In this document: positions 44,848-55,390 of the stretch, piece after piece
Layout: every line of letters begins with the position of its first letter
How positions within the stretch are numbered: the first letter of the stretch is position 1
Assembly: GCA_947588355.1 (NCBI GenBank)
Contig: CANPYI010000001.1
Span: 13,771-77,770 of the forward strand
Length of the DNA: 64,000 nt
Origin: an uncultured Clostridia bacterium
GTDB taxonomy: Bacteria > Bacillota > Clostridia > Christensenellales > UBA1242
Reading direction: 5' to 3'
Translations under genes and position numbers: made by a program
The notes under the pieces: generated by a model
What the model was told of the DNA's origin: nothing
Databases searched by the model: none
Seen by the model: the letters and a program-made list of their open reading frames with translations, nothing else

Positions 44848-44901
44848 TAAAAATTAAATGATGCTTGTTTTGTTTGAAAAAAGAAGTGAATGTGATATAC
44901 T

Positions 44902-45537
44902 TTGAACATGAAAATAGAAGTCATTAAATCTCGCAGAAAGACCATTTGTTTGAAGATTAAGGACAGTGAACATGCTGTTTTGAGTGTGCCACTGCGATTG
45001 TCTGACAAACAAATTGACAAGTTTTTGCAGTCCAAAAAGGCGTGGCTTGAGAAAAACATAAAAAAACTGAAAGCATATGAACAGTTTGAACATCAGTTTG
45101 ATTTTGAAAATTTCATTTATTTTGACGGAAAGCCGGTTTATCCCACAAACAAACTTGCGATTGATTTCTCTTCGTTAAGCGGTGACAAAAAGAATAGGCT
45201 TATAAAGCAAGCCTACTTGTCCTATTTTGCAGAGATAGAAAATATGGCAAAGGAATTATCACTAAAAACAGGACTTATTTACAAACAAATAAAACCTACA
45301 AGTTCAGTTCGCGTTTGGGGGAGTTACAACGCAGAAAAGGTCATGAAAATAAATTGGAAACTTTTGATTTTGCCAAAAGCACTTTGGCAGTATGTCATTT
45401 GCCATGAGTTGTGCCATTCTTTACATATGAATCATCAACCGAAATTTTGGAAAAGTGTGGAAAGCATTTGTCCCAATTACAGAGAATGCAAAAAGCAACT
45501 CAATAAATATTCCTTTGTCCTGAAAAACAATCTTTGA
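44902..45537 (+). CDS. YgjP/DUF45-family (M48-like) metal-dependent hydrolase
   Basis: ICHELCHSLHMNHQPKFW carries the HExxH motif in the DUF45 context. 211 aa. Confidence 0.7.
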   Translation: MNMKIEVIKSRRKTICLKIKDSEHAVLSVPLRLSDKQIDKFLQSKKAWLEKNIKKLKAYEQFEHQFDFENFIYFDGKPVYPTNKLAIDFSSLSGDKKNRLIKQAYLSYFAEIENMAKELSLKTGLIYKQIKPTSSVRVWGSYNAEKVMKINWKLLILPKALWQYVICHELCHSLHMNHQPKFWKSVESICPNYRECKKQLNKYSFVLKNNL

Positions 45538-46745
45538 TGCATAAAAAGACACTATTTACAGAAAATAAAAGGGTCATGAAAAACAGATATTTCAAGATTG
45601 TTTCTTTTGTTTTTATATTCTTGTTTTGTCTTTCAATAATTGTTCCTATCGGACAGATTATGCAACTTCAAGATGGCTTTTTGGCAAGTTTTGAAGATGT
45701 TGAGTATGCCAACAATTCTCGCAAGTTTGGAAGTTTTATTCAAGCACATATTGATGAGGGCGAAAAGGTTGTTGGAGGGCAAGTTTCTCGTCAAGATGAA
45801 ATCGTTTTCAAACTTTTTGGCTTTCTTCCTATAAAGCGCGTTGGAATTGTCCTTTCTGGCAAAGACGAGTTTTATGTTGGTGGGGTGCCTATTGGACTTT
45901 CTTTGGCAACAGACGGAGCAGTTGTTGTAAGCAATGACGGAACTTCGGTTCTTAAGGAGGGTGACATCTTGACCGAAATAAACGGGCAAGAGATAGAAAG
46001 TTTGGACGATATAGAAGGCTTGATTGAAAACAGACCGGAAGAAGCAGAGGTGGAGTACCTTCGCAAAAACAAAAAAGTGAAGGCGCTTGTCAAAACCCTT
46101 CATGACAAGGAAAGTGGAAAGCAAAGGCTTGGACTTTGGGTCAAAGACGATGTCACAGGCATAGGAACGCTTACTTTTGTCAACAAAAACACTCACAGAT
46201 ATGGTGCTTTGGGACATCCTATTGTGGAGTCCAACAGTGGAAATGTTGTGCCGGTTTGCGGCGGAAATGTGTATTCTTGCAATCTTATAGGCATAACTAA
46301 AGGAAAGAAAAATTCACCCGGCGAACTTCGTTGTCTGTTTTTGCAGACTGCAAAGCCAAAAGGAACAATAGAAAACAACGGTAAATTTGGCATAAATGGA
46401 GTTTTGAGTGACACATCGGGACTTGTAGACGAAAATTTGACAGCAAAATTAGGTGGAAGGCTGGGCGTCAAACTTGGCACAGCAAAAATAGTTTCGACCA
46501 TAAGCGGAATAAGAGAAGAATATGATATAGAAATCATAAAGGCCAACTATCAAAAATCTGCAAATGACAAAAGTTTGGTCTTCCGTGTGAAAGACAAACG
46601 TCTTTTGGATATGACGGGAGGAATTGTGCAAGGAATGAGTGGCTCACCAATCATTCAAGACGGCAAAATTATTGGTGCAGTGACGCACGTGTTCTTGAAC
46701 GACCCTACAAAAGGATATGGCGTTTATTCTGACTGGATGATGTAA
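45537..46745 (+). CDS. spoIVB: SpoIVB peptidase (S55)
   Basis: PDZ-like region, then GIGTLTFVNKNTHRYGALGHPI and the catalytic region GIVQGMSGSPIIQDGKIIGAVTHVF. TGATG overlap with the upstream gene. Confidence 0.85.
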   Translation: MHKKTLFTENKRVMKNRYFKIVSFVFIFLFCLSIIVPIGQIMQLQDGFLASFEDVEYANNSRKFGSFIQAHIDEGEKVVGGQVSRQDEIVFKLFGFLPIKRVGIVLSGKDEFYVGGVPIGLSLATDGAVVVSNDGTSVLKEGDILTEINGQEIESLDDIEGLIENRPEEAEVEYLRKNKKVKALVKTLHDKESGKQRLGLWVKDDVTGIGTLTFVNKNTHRYGALGHPIVESNSGNVVPVCGGNVYSCNLIGITKGKKNSPGELRCLFLQTAKPKGTIENNGKFGINGVLSDTSGLVDENLTAKLGGRLGVKLGTAKIVSTISGIREEYDIEIIKANYQKSANDKSLVFRVKDKRLLDMTGGIVQGMSGSPIIQDGKIIGAVTHVFLNDPTKGYGVYSDWMM

Positions 46746-46772
46746 AAAATCCGCTTTGTGGCGGATTTTTTT
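46744..46772. terminator. Bidirectional terminator
   Basis: AAAAAATCCGC-tttgtg-GCGGATTTTTTT between convergent spoIVB and the recombinase gene. Confidence 0.75.
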
Positions 46773-47802
46773 AATGCAAATGTACTTTTCCTGCAACAGC
46801 CTTTCGCATATCTTCGTTGATTGCGGCGTAATGTTTTTTTGTGGTGTTCACATCTTTGTGGCCAAGCACATCTGCCACGATATATATGTCATGTGTTTCT
46901 CGATACAAATTTGTGCCAAAAGTTGAGCGCAGTTTGTGAGGAGAAATTTTTTTTAGGGGTGCACTTTCTTTGGCAAACTTTTTTACAAGATTTTCCACAG
47001 CGCGAACGCATATTCTTTTGTTTTGCAAGGAGACAAACATGGCGTGTTCATTTGGGTCGAGTCCTAGAGTTTTGCGTTTTTCCAGCCATTGTTCAAGTGC
47101 TGTTTTCACTTCGAGTGGAAAGTACAAAATAGTTTGATTTCCACCTTTTCTGGTCACTTTGAATGCATTTTGCGAAAAGTCAAAATCTTCGACATTCAAG
47201 CCTACAAGTTCTGAAATACGAATTCCTGTGCCAAGAAACAGTGTGACTATGGCATTGTCACGGATTTGTGTGTTTTTGTTGTAGTTTTTTTGTCTTTGCG
47301 TGAAGGTTGCAGGGGACTGAACTGCGTCCAGCATGCGCTCCACTTCATCTTTTTCCAAACGTATAATTTCTTTGTTGTGCTGTTTTGGAGTTTTCACTTT
47401 GCTTGCAACATTGCTTGAAATCATGTCATGATTGAACAAATACTTAAAAAAACTTCTCACGCTGGCAAGTTTTCGGGCTTTGCCACGCTCATCGTTGCGC
47501 TCTTGATGTCCATTGATATCATAAAAGGAAAGATAAGAAAGATAGTTTTCTATGTGACGTGCTTGCAGGCTGTCAAGGTCTTGAAGCGTAATATCAATTT
47601 TTGGCTTTTTGACAACAAACCTTTCCAGATAATCAAAAAAAACTGAAAGGTCCATGGCATAGTTTACTCTTGTGAGTGACGACGTGTTGTTTTCTATTCC
47701 CGTGAAAAAATCAAAGCAATATTCTGGCAAACTTTCCAGATAAGAGCCAATTTTTTTCATATTTTTGAAATCTCGTTGTTTATAATAAGACATGTTCTCC
47801 AT
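46771..47802 (-). CDS. Tyrosine recombinase (XerC/XerD family)
   Basis: TGIRISELVGL, HKLRSTFGTNLY, LGHKDVNTTKKHY (R..HxxR..Y catalytic set). Start could be the 4th codon. Confidence 0.8.
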   Translation of the reverse strand: MENMSYYKQRDFKNMKKIGSYLESLPEYCFDFFTGIENNTSSLTRVNYAMDLSVFFDYLERFVVKKPKIDITLQDLDSLQARHIENYLSYLSFYDINGHQERNDERGKARKLASVRSFFKYLFNHDMISSNVASKVKTPKQHNKEIIRLEKDEVERMLDAVQSPATFTQRQKNYNKNTQIRDNAIVTLFLGTGIRISELVGLNVEDFDFSQNAFKVTRKGGNQTILYFPLEVKTALEQWLEKRKTLGLDPNEHAMFVSLQNKRICVRAVENLVKKFAKESAPLKKISPHKLRSTFGTNLYRETHDIYIVADVLGHKDVNTTKKHYAAINEDMRKAVAGKVHLH

Positions 47803-48017
47803 ATTAAAATTATATCAGTTCTTGTTTGATTTTCCAAGTATTTTGCGAATAAATGCCAAAAAAGTTTTTATATGAGGACAAAATAGTAAAATTCGACAAA
47901 ATAAGACATTGAATTGTGTCAAATATTGTTGCAATTTGATGTCAAATGTGTTAAAATCAAATGAATTTTGGTCGGAGTACTTTCGACAGTGTTCGACAAT
48001 ATACAATGGAGGTTTTT

Positions 48018-49271
48018 ATGTATTCGTTAAACAAAAATGGCACAAAAGTTGAGATAGAACTGACTATCGGTGCCAAAGAGTGGGAAGATGGTGTTGAAAA
48101 AACATATGAATCCACAAAAAACAAATTTAATGTTGTAGGTTTCCGCAAAGGCCATGCACCACGAAAAGTGATTGAAAAAACTTATGGTGACAGCGTGTTT
48201 TTTGAGGACACTGTGGACTTTTTTGTCAACAAAACACTCAATGATGTTTTGGAGCAAAATCCACAACTTGAGCCTGTGGCAATGCCAACAACTCAGTTTG
48301 AAAGTTACACAGCAGAGAATGGTTTGAAGATGAAAATCATGTTTGAAATTGTTCCTGACTTCAAATTGTGTAAATACACAGGCAACAAGATTGAGGTCCA
48401 CTCGGCAGAAGTGACAGAAGATGAAATACAACATCAAATCCATCATCTTCTTGATGACAACGCCAAGTTTGAAACTGTTGACCGTAAAATCCAAAATGGC
48501 GATGTTGCAGTGATTGACTTTATGGGCTTTATTGACAATGTGGAATTTGCGGGCGGCTCAGCAAAAGACTATTCTTTGGAAATTGGCTCACACAGTTTTA
48601 TTGACAATTTTGAAGAACAGTTGATTGGCCACACAAAAGGCGAAAGTGTTGATGTTCAGGTGACTTTCCCGACAAACTATGGTGCAGCGGAATTTCAAGG
48701 CAAAAAGGCAACATTCAAAGTTGATATCAAAGAGGTCAAGGAAAAGCATCTTCCAACTCTTGACGACAAATTTATTGCTGATGCGACAGAATTTGAAACT
48801 GTTGACGAGTATAGAAAAGATGTTTCTGCTCATATTCAAGATATGAAGAAGAATGACCAAGACCAAGAGTATGAGTACAATATCCGTGAATATCTTCTTG
48901 CAAACACAAACATAGAAATACCCGAGATCATGGTCGAAAATTCTGTTGACCAAGATATTCACAGAATGCGTGAAATGCTGAAGGCATATGGCTTGACGCT
49001 TGAACAATACATCATTCAAAGTGGTGGCTCAACTTTGGAAGATTACGTAAATAGTTTGAAAACCAGAACTTTGAAAACTATCAAAACAAGATATATTTAC
49101 AGAAAAATAATCGAAGAACAAAAACTTGAGCCTACTGCAAAAGAACTTGAAGAAGCAACAAAGGGAATTACAGAACATGAAGAAAAAATTCGTAAAGAAA
49201 ACGAATTGACACTGGAAAAACTTCACAAATACTTGAAAGAAAACAATACAATGGTTGTCGTTAAAGAATAA
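48018..49271 (+). CDS. tig: Trigger factor
   Basis: VGFRKGHAPRKVIEK ribosome-binding signature and a central FKBP-like domain. ATG lies 5 nt after GGAGG. Conserved tig-clpP-clpX order. Confidence 0.9.
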   Translation: MYSLNKNGTKVEIELTIGAKEWEDGVEKTYESTKNKFNVVGFRKGHAPRKVIEKTYGDSVFFEDTVDFFVNKTLNDVLEQNPQLEPVAMPTTQFESYTAENGLKMKIMFEIVPDFKLCKYTGNKIEVHSAEVTEDEIQHQIHHLLDDNAKFETVDRKIQNGDVAVIDFMGFIDNVEFAGGSAKDYSLEIGSHSFIDNFEEQLIGHTKGESVDVQVTFPTNYGAAEFQGKKATFKVDIKEVKEKHLPTLDDKFIADATEFETVDEYRKDVSAHIQDMKKNDQDQEYEYNIREYLLANTNIEIPEIMVENSVDQDIHRMREMLKAYGLTLEQYIIQSGGSTLEDYVNSLKTRTLKTIKTRYIYRKIIEEQKLEPTAKELEEATKGITEHEEKIRKENELTLEKLHKYLKENNTMVVVKE

Positions 49272-49289
49272 TATAAGGAGGTTACATTT

Positions 49290-49892
49290 ATGGCACTTAT
49301 TCCTATGGTCATTGACCAAACAGGCGGAAATGAAAGGTCGTACGACATTTATTCCAGACTTTTGGAAGACAGAATTATATTTTTGACGGGTGAAATAAAT
49401 GATGTGACTGCAAACGTTGTGATTGCACAACTTATTTATCTTGAGGGCAAAAATCCAGACAAAGACATATATCTTTATATCAACAGTCCGGGCGGCTCTG
49501 TAAGTGCAGGCATTGCAATTTACGATACAATGAATTACATCAAATGTGATGTTTCGACAATTTGTATCGGACTTGCGGCATCTATGGGGGCATTTTTGCT
49601 TTCCAGCGGGACAAAAGGCAAAAGATATGCTTTGCCAAACAGCGAAATTATGATACATCAACCACTTGGCGGGGCACAAGGTCAAGCAAGCGATATTGAA
49701 ATTCAGGCAAAACACATTCAAAAGACCAAACAAATGCTCAACAAAATACTCAGTGAAAACACCGGAAAAAGTTTGTCCGTGATTGAAAAAGATACTGACC
49801 GAGATAATTATATGACTGCTGAAGAAGCAAAAAAATATGGTTTGATAGACAACATCTTTGTAACTCGAAAGACAAAGAAAGAAGAAAAATAG
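49290..49892 (+). CDS. clpP: ATP-dependent Clp protease proteolytic subunit
   Basis: [18 protein letters not shown], active site [19 protein letters not shown]. Confidence 0.95.
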   Translation: MALIPMVIDQTGGNERSYDIYSRLLEDRIIFLTGEINDVTANVVIAQLIYLEGKNPDKDIYLYINSPGGSVSAGIAIYDTMNYIKCDVSTICIGLAASMGAFLLSSGTKGKRYALPNSEIMIHQPLGGAQGQASDIEIQAKHIQKTKQMLNKILSENTGKSLSVIEKDTDRDNYMTAEEAKKYGLIDNIFVTRKTKKEEK

Positions 49893-49894
49893 TC

Positions 49895-49947
49895 GATATT
49901 TTGTGTATTATGTTGCATACTACACACATTATGTTGTGTATTATGCA
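49895..49947. repeat. Palindromic intergenic repeat, locus E
   Basis: GATATTTTGTGTATTATGTTGCATACTACACACATTATGTTGTGTATTATGCA. Lies between the clpP stop and the clpX RBS, ending 14 nt before the ATG. Confidence 0.85.
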
Positions 49948-49961
49948 ACTTAGAGGTGAGA

Positions 49962-51260
49962 ATGAAAGAGATTGATTTGTGCTGTTGCACTTTTTGTGGC
50001 AGACCTCAAAAAGCGGCAAAGAAACTTATTGCAAGTCCCAATGGAGATGCCTTTATTTGTGATGATTGCATAAGAATTTGTGCTGATATTTTGCGAGAAG
50101 AAAACACAAAAGTAAAGGTCTTTAAGGATCTTGTTCTTCCAACACCAAAAGCAATAAAAAAAGCACTTGACGAGTATGTTATTGGTCAGGAACAGGCCAA
50201 AAAGGTGCTTTCTGTTGCTGTTTTTAATCATTACAAACGCATCAACTTCAACTATCACAACATTCAAAATGCCAAAAAAAGCAAAGATGACCTTTCTCAA
50301 GACAAAAATGTTACAGAACTTGAAAAGAGTAATGTGCTGATGATTGGCCCGACTGGTTCTGGAAAAACTTTGCTTGTAAAAACTTTGGCAAAAATTTTGG
50401 ACGTTCCTTTTGCTTGTGCCGATGCCACAACACTCACTGAGGCGGGTTATGTTGGAGAAGATGTTGAGAACGTGCTTTTAAAATTGATTCAAAATGCCGA
50501 TTTTGATATTGAGAAGGCTCAGCGCGGAATCATCTATATCGATGAAATCGACAAACTTGCCAGAAAGAGTGAAAATCGCTCTTTGACGCGAGATGTTGGA
50601 GGAGAAGGCGTTCAACAAGCACTTTTGAAAATCATTGAGAGCACAGTTGCAAGCGTTCCTCCACAAGGTGGAAGAAAACACCCTCATCAAGAGATGCTTC
50701 AAATCGACACAACAAACATACTTTTTATTTGTGGTGGCGCTTTTGTCGGACTTGACGATATCATTCACAAACGTTTGTCTGCGTCTTCAATCGGCTTTAA
50801 TGCCAATGTAAAAAATTCTGACGAAAAAGCAAAAGTGGACTATTCCAAAGATGTGCAACCAGATGACCTTATCAAATTTGGCTTAATTCCGGAATTTGTC
50901 GGACGTTTGCCAATCGTGACCGGGCTTGATAATCTTGATGAAAAGGCACTTGAACGTATCTTGGTTGAACCAAAAAATTCGCTCATCAAACAGTATAAAC
51001 AAATGTTTAAGATTGACGGCTTTGACATCAAGTTTGACGACGATGCCGTTTCTTATGTTGCAAAAAAAGCCATACAACTTAAAACAGGTGCAAGAGGGAT
51101 ACGCACAATAATGGAATCACGCATGTTGGAACTTATGTTTGACCTGCCTGACCCAAACGTGTATGACAAAATCATCATTACACGTGATTTTATTGAAAAT
51201 GGTGCCCAGCCTATTTTGGTGAAAAAAGAACAAAAATCTGACGAACAGAAAGCAGTTTGA
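49962..51260 (+). CDS. clpX: ATP-dependent Clp protease ATP-binding subunit ClpX
   Basis: Zinc-binding CTFCGR...CDDC, Walker [30 protein letters not shown]. Confidence 0.95.
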   Translation: MKEIDLCCCTFCGRPQKAAKKLIASPNGDAFICDDCIRICADILREENTKVKVFKDLVLPTPKAIKKALDEYVIGQEQAKKVLSVAVFNHYKRINFNYHNIQNAKKSKDDLSQDKNVTELEKSNVLMIGPTGSGKTLLVKTLAKILDVPFACADATTLTEAGYVGEDVENVLLKLIQNADFDIEKAQRGIIYIDEIDKLARKSENRSLTRDVGGEGVQQALLKIIESTVASVPPQGGRKHPHQEMLQIDTTNILFICGGAFVGLDDIIHKRLSASSIGFNANVKNSDEKAKVDYSKDVQPDDLIKFGLIPEFVGRLPIVTGLDNLDEKALERILVEPKNSLIKQYKQMFKIDGFDIKFDDDAVSYVAKKAIQLKTGARGIRTIMESRMLELMFDLPDPNVYDKIIITRDFIENGAQPILVKKEQKSDEQKAV

Positions 51261-51294
51261 AATAATTTTCTTTAATTTGTTTGACTTATATTCA

Positions 51295-51338
51295 AAAAAA
51301 AGGTAAACTTAATTGTGTTAAGAGTTTGCCTTTTTTTT
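51295..51338 (+). terminator. Rho-independent terminator after clpX
   Basis: AGGTAAACT-13 nt-AGTTTGCCT (one wobble pair) followed by a T8 run. Confidence 0.55.
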
Positions 51339-51373
51339 CGTCGTTAGGCAAATCTTAAAAAAGGAGAGGAAAT

Positions 51374-52957
51374 ATGAAATTTATGTTGAACGATGTCTCT
51401 CCTGCTATCGTATCCGTGATTGCAATAGTCCTTTTTATTGTTGGACTTGCGCTTGGATTTTTGATTTTTAAACTATACAGCAACAAAAAATTGCAAAAAA
51501 ACAAATCTAATGCCATTAAAATCATTGAAGATGCGTACGCAGAGGCAAAGACAATAAAAAAAGAAGCAATTATTGAAAGTAAAGAGCAGTCTCAAAAACT
51601 TAAGGACGATGTTGAGCGTGAAATAAGAGACCGTCGTGCAGAAGTGACAAAACTTGAAGAAAGATTGAATCAACGCGAAGAATACATCGAGAAGAAAGAA
51701 CAGTCTGTTGACAAAAAGAACGAACAACTTGATGAAGAAAAGAAAAATCTGCAAGAGGCTCGCGATGATGTTGAAAAAATAAAAAAGGAGCAAGAAGACT
51801 TGCGTGCTCAAATTGTTGAGCAACTTGAAAAAACATCAAAACTGTCAAAGCAAGAAGCAAAAGACATGCTGATTGCAAACATGCGCAATGATGCACAAAA
51901 AGAGGCAGCAGTTATCGTCAAAAAGATTGAAGACGATGCTCGAGAAGAAGGCGAAAACAAGGCTAGAGAGATTATTGGTCAGGCCTTGCAACGTTGTGCA
52001 ACAGAAACCACAAGCGAAATGACCGTGTCCGTTGTTTCACTTCCTAATGACGAAATGAAAGGAAGAATCATTGGACGTGAAGGTCGAAATATTCGCGCTA
52101 TTGAGGCGGCAACCGGTGTTGAACTTATTGTTGATGACACTCCAGAAACAATAACAATTTCTGGATTTGACCCTATCAGACGAGAAGTCGCAAGATTGAG
52201 CCTTGAAAAGTTGATTTCCGACGGACGTATTCATCCAACGCGCGTTGAAGAAATCGTGGAGAAAATGCAACGCGAAGTTGACAAAACAATAAAGCAGGCT
52301 GCAGACGAGGCTTGCAACGAAGCGGGAATTTTTAATCTTAGTCCAGAACTTTCAAAAACTCTTGGCAGACTGAAATATCGCACAAGTTACGGACAAAATG
52401 TTTTGAAACATTCAGTTGAAACATCTATTATTGCTGGGCTTTTGGCAAGCGAAATGGGGGCAAATGTAAAGGTTGCAAAACGTGGCGGACTTTTGCATGA
52501 TATTGGAAAGGCTCTTGACCATGAACAAGAAGGCACACATGTTCAAATCGGTGTTGAACTTGCAAGAAAGTGTGGCGAAAGCGAAGAAGTTGTCCATTGT
52601 ATCGAAGCACACCACTTTAATGTTGAATTCAAAACGATTGAAGCAGTTATCGTTCAAGTTGCCGATGCTATATCTTCATCAAGACCGGGTGCAAGACGTG
52701 ATAGTTTTGAAAATTATATCAAACGTCTTCAACAGTTGGAAGAAATTGCCAACGGCTTTAAGGGTGTGGACAAGTCCTATGCTGTTCAGGCAGGACGTGA
52801 AGTTAGAATTATTGTGAAACCGACCGAAGTTTCTGACAGCGAGGCTATGTTTATGGCAAAAGAAATTGCTCAGAAAATTGAAAACGAGATGCAATATCCA
52901 GGACAGATCAAAGTTAATGTGATACGCGAGAGCAGATATTCGGAGACTGCGAAATAA
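51374..52957 (+). CDS. rny: Ribonuclease Y
   Basis: N-terminal TM segment, coiled coil, KH domain (GRIIGREGRNIRA), HD domain (LLHDIGKA). Confidence 0.95.
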   Translation: MKFMLNDVSPAIVSVIAIVLFIVGLALGFLIFKLYSNKKLQKNKSNAIKIIEDAYAEAKTIKKEAIIESKEQSQKLKDDVEREIRDRRAEVTKLEERLNQREEYIEKKEQSVDKKNEQLDEEKKNLQEARDDVEKIKKEQEDLRAQIVEQLEKTSKLSKQEAKDMLIANMRNDAQKEAAVIVKKIEDDAREEGENKAREIIGQALQRCATETTSEMTVSVVSLPNDEMKGRIIGREGRNIRAIEAATGVELIVDDTPETITISGFDPIRREVARLSLEKLISDGRIHPTRVEEIVEKMQREVDKTIKQAADEACNEAGIFNLSPELSKTLGRLKYRTSYGQNVLKHSVETSIIAGLLASEMGANVKVAKRGGLLHDIGKALDHEQEGTHVQIGVELARKCGESEEVVHCIEAHHFNVEFKTIEAVIVQVADAISSSRPGARRDSFENYIKRLQQLEEIANGFKGVDKSYAVQAGREVRIIVKPTEVSDSEAMFMAKEIAQKIENEMQYPGQIKVNVIRESRYSETAK

Positions 52958-53006
52958 TCAAAGTCAAAAAATATAAAAAAAACATATTAAAAAAAGGAGA
53001 AAAATC

Positions 53007-53339
53007 ATGGCAGAAAAAGAAAAGAAAGAGAAAAAACAACGTACACCAAGAACTTGGTCAAGCACAAAAGTTTTGGATTGTGTGGCCTACTTTGCAATCA
53101 TGTTTATTGCTATAGCATTGATTTTTAGATTGGCATTCAAGCAAAACACTCCAGATGTTGCCAATGCTTTTGGGTCTATTGGTGAGTGTCTTTCCTATAT
53201 CATTTGCATTTGGCTTGGACTTTACTGGACACTCAGAAAACGTGGCACCGGCTGGAACAAACGCAATATTTGGTGGCTTATTATGTGGCTTGTTGCAACA
53301 GTTGCAATCGTTGTGATTTACATCTTTGCAGTCATTTAA
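53007..53339 (+). CDS. Small membrane protein (110 aa)
   Basis: Lys-rich N terminus followed by three hydrophobic helices. RBS AGGAGAAAAATC precedes the ATG. Confidence 0.5.
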   Translation: MAEKEKKEKKQRTPRTWSSTKVLDCVAYFAIMFIAIALIFRLAFKQNTPDVANAFGSIGECLSYIICIWLGLYWTLRKRGTGWNKRNIWWLIMWLVATVAIVVIYIFAVI

Positions 53340-53354
53340 ACATTAGAGGAAAAA

Positions 53355-53732
53355 ATGAAAAATTTGCCATATATTGTCACAGCGATACTTGTAGTTTTGA
53401 CAGCCTTGTTTGCTATCCTAAACAGAGTTTGGGCGGGGTTTGTGTATTTTGCACTTTCAGCCTTGCTTGTGCTTTCATTGTTTTGGGGTGTTTGGCTGAT
53501 TTACATGTATTTTACCGATTTCAAACTGCAACTTGCACAGCAATACAAATATTTCCGTGCAAAAAAGATTGGTGAAGGTCAAACAACCGAAAGCGTGTTC
53601 AATCAAAACGAGGCATCATTCAAAAAAGAATTCAACAAATCTGTTTTGAAAGACAAAATAGCAAGGTGGGGAATTATCATTTTCTGTTTCGGCGTTGCGC
53701 TGGCATTTATCTTGGGCATGGTTTGGTATTAA
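53355..53732 (+). CDS. Small membrane protein (125 aa)
   Basis: Three hydrophobic helices. RBS GAGGAAAAA precedes the ATG. Confidence 0.5.
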   Translation: MKNLPYIVTAILVVLTALFAILNRVWAGFVYFALSALLVLSLFWGVWLIYMYFTDFKLQLAQQYKYFRAKKIGEGQTTESVFNQNEASFKKEFNKSVLKDKIARWGIIIFCFGVALAFILGMVWY

Positions 53733-53743
53733 ATTTTCAAAAA

Positions 53744-53772
53744 GCAAGACAAAAGTTTGTCTTGTTTTTTTT
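53744..53772 (+). terminator. Rho-independent terminator
   Basis: CAAGAC-aaaagttt-GTCTTG followed by a T8 run. Confidence 0.65.
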
Positions 53773-53845
53773 GTTTGACTTGTCTTAAAATTGCTTTGAA
53801 TATTTGCATATATTTGATATACTTATTTGGTATTTTGAGGTGAAA

Positions 53846-55387
53846 ATGTTATCAAAAGTTTTGAGTTTTGGATTGATTGGGATTGAGGGCTTTTTGGTGC
53901 AGATAGAAACGGATATGATTGGCGGCATTCCAAACATAGATATCGTTGGATTGGGGGACACAGCAGTCAAAGAGTCCAAAGAGCGTGTCAAGTCCGCAAT
54001 ACGCAATTCGGGATTGGAGTATCCAGTAAAGCATTACACAATAAATCTTGCACCTGCAGATATCAAAAAAGAAGGTCCGATTTATGACCTTGGAATAGCA
54101 GTTGGCATTCTTGCTGCATCAGGGCAAATCAAACAAAAAAATTATAAAGATTACATATATATTGGTGAATTGTCCTTAGACGGTTCTATCAAAAAAGTAC
54201 GTGGACTGTTGCCTATGTTGATTTCCGCACGTTCTATGGGCTACAAAAAAGTGATATTACCAAAGGAAAATGAAGAAGAGGCTCGATTTATAGACGGCAT
54301 GGACATGTGGGCGATTTCTTCGTTGAAAGAAGTTTTGGATTTTCTGAATGGCGAAACAGAAACTCCTATTCAAAAAGTTGAAATAAAATCGTTTGACGAG
54401 GTTGTGAAATCAAGCGCAAACAAACTTGATTTTGAAAATGTGAAAGGGCAGGCACAAGCAAAACGAGCGTTGGAAATTGCCGCCGCGGGAGGGCATAACG
54501 TTCTTATGATTGGACCTCCGGGAAGTGGAAAAAGCATGCTTGCAAAGTGCTTTTCTGGAATTTTGCCTGACTTAACTTTTGAAGAAGCATTGGAGGTTAC
54601 CAAAATTCATTCAGTGGCAGGGGAATTGGACTTGAAAGAAGGAATCATAACACAGCGACCTTTCAGAACACCTCATCACACGGCAACAACTATAAGTTTG
54701 GCGGGCGGTGGAATTCACAGCAAGCCAGGTGAAATAAGCATGGCACACAATGGTGTGTTGTTTTTGGACGAATTTCCAGAATACTCAAAGCAGATGATTG
54801 AGACTTTACGTCAACCGCTTGAAGACGGCCAAATCACTGTTGCCAGAGCAAATCAAACTGTCACATATCCAAGCAATTTTATTTTGGTTGCAAGCATGAA
54901 CCCTTGTCCGTGTGGTTACTACGGTTCTCATGATAGGGAATGTAAATGTAGTCCTATTCAGATTCATAAATATCTTTCTCGAGTTTCAGGGCCAATTATG
55001 GACAGAATTGACATTCAAGTTGAAGTTGATAACATCACTTACAAAGAATTAAACAGTACAGAAAAAGAGGAAAGTTCAGCAAGTATAAAACAGCGTGTGG
55101 ACAAGGCTCGAAAGATCCAGTTGGAACGTTTTAAGAATATGAAAACGTTTTCAAATGCAAAAATGACTGTGCCACAAATGAAAAAATTTTGCCATTTGTC
55201 ACCAGAATGTTTGACACTTATGGAACAAGCATTCAATAATCTCAAACTTTCTGCCCGAGCACATGACAGAATTTTGAAAGTTGCACGTACTATTGCTGAC
55301 CTTGAGGGTGAGGCAGAAATCCTTCCTGCTCATATCGCCGAAGCAATTTCTTATCGAGGACTTGATAGAAAATATTGGAGCATATAA
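53846..55387 (+). CDS. YifB/ComM-family Mg-chelatase-like AAA+ ATPase
   Basis: N-terminal Lon-protease-like domain, Walker A GPPGSGKSMLA, GVLFLDEFPE, C-terminal RAHDRILKVARTIADLEG. ATG lies after GAGGTG. Confidence 0.85.
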   Translation: MLSKVLSFGLIGIEGFLVQIETDMIGGIPNIDIVGLGDTAVKESKERVKSAIRNSGLEYPVKHYTINLAPADIKKEGPIYDLGIAVGILAASGQIKQKNYKDYIYIGELSLDGSIKKVRGLLPMLISARSMGYKKVILPKENEEEARFIDGMDMWAISSLKEVLDFLNGETETPIQKVEIKSFDEVVKSSANKLDFENVKGQAQAKRALEIAAAGGHNVLMIGPPGSGKSMLAKCFSGILPDLTFEEALEVTKIHSVAGELDLKEGIITQRPFRTPHHTATTISLAGGGIHSKPGEISMAHNGVLFLDEFPEYSKQMIETLRQPLEDGQITVARANQTVTYPSNFILVASMNPCPCGYYGSHDRECKCSPIQIHKYLSRVSGPIMDRIDIQVEVDNITYKELNSTEKEESSASIKQRVDKARKIQLERFKNMKTFSNAKMTVPQMKKFCHLSPECLTLMEQAFNNLKLSARAHDRILKVARTIADLEGEAEILPAHIAEAISYRGLDRKYWSI

Positions 55388-55390
55388 TCA

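Noticed and set aside
46771-47802. Tyrosine recombinase as the integrase of the phage-derived block
   Set aside because: It lies about 18 kb from the block and is separated from it by core genes (polA, pheST, thiI, argR, recN, spoIVB). I saw no att-like direct repeats linking the two. It looks like a XerC/D-family chromosomal recombinase. A link cannot be fully excluded without genome comparison.
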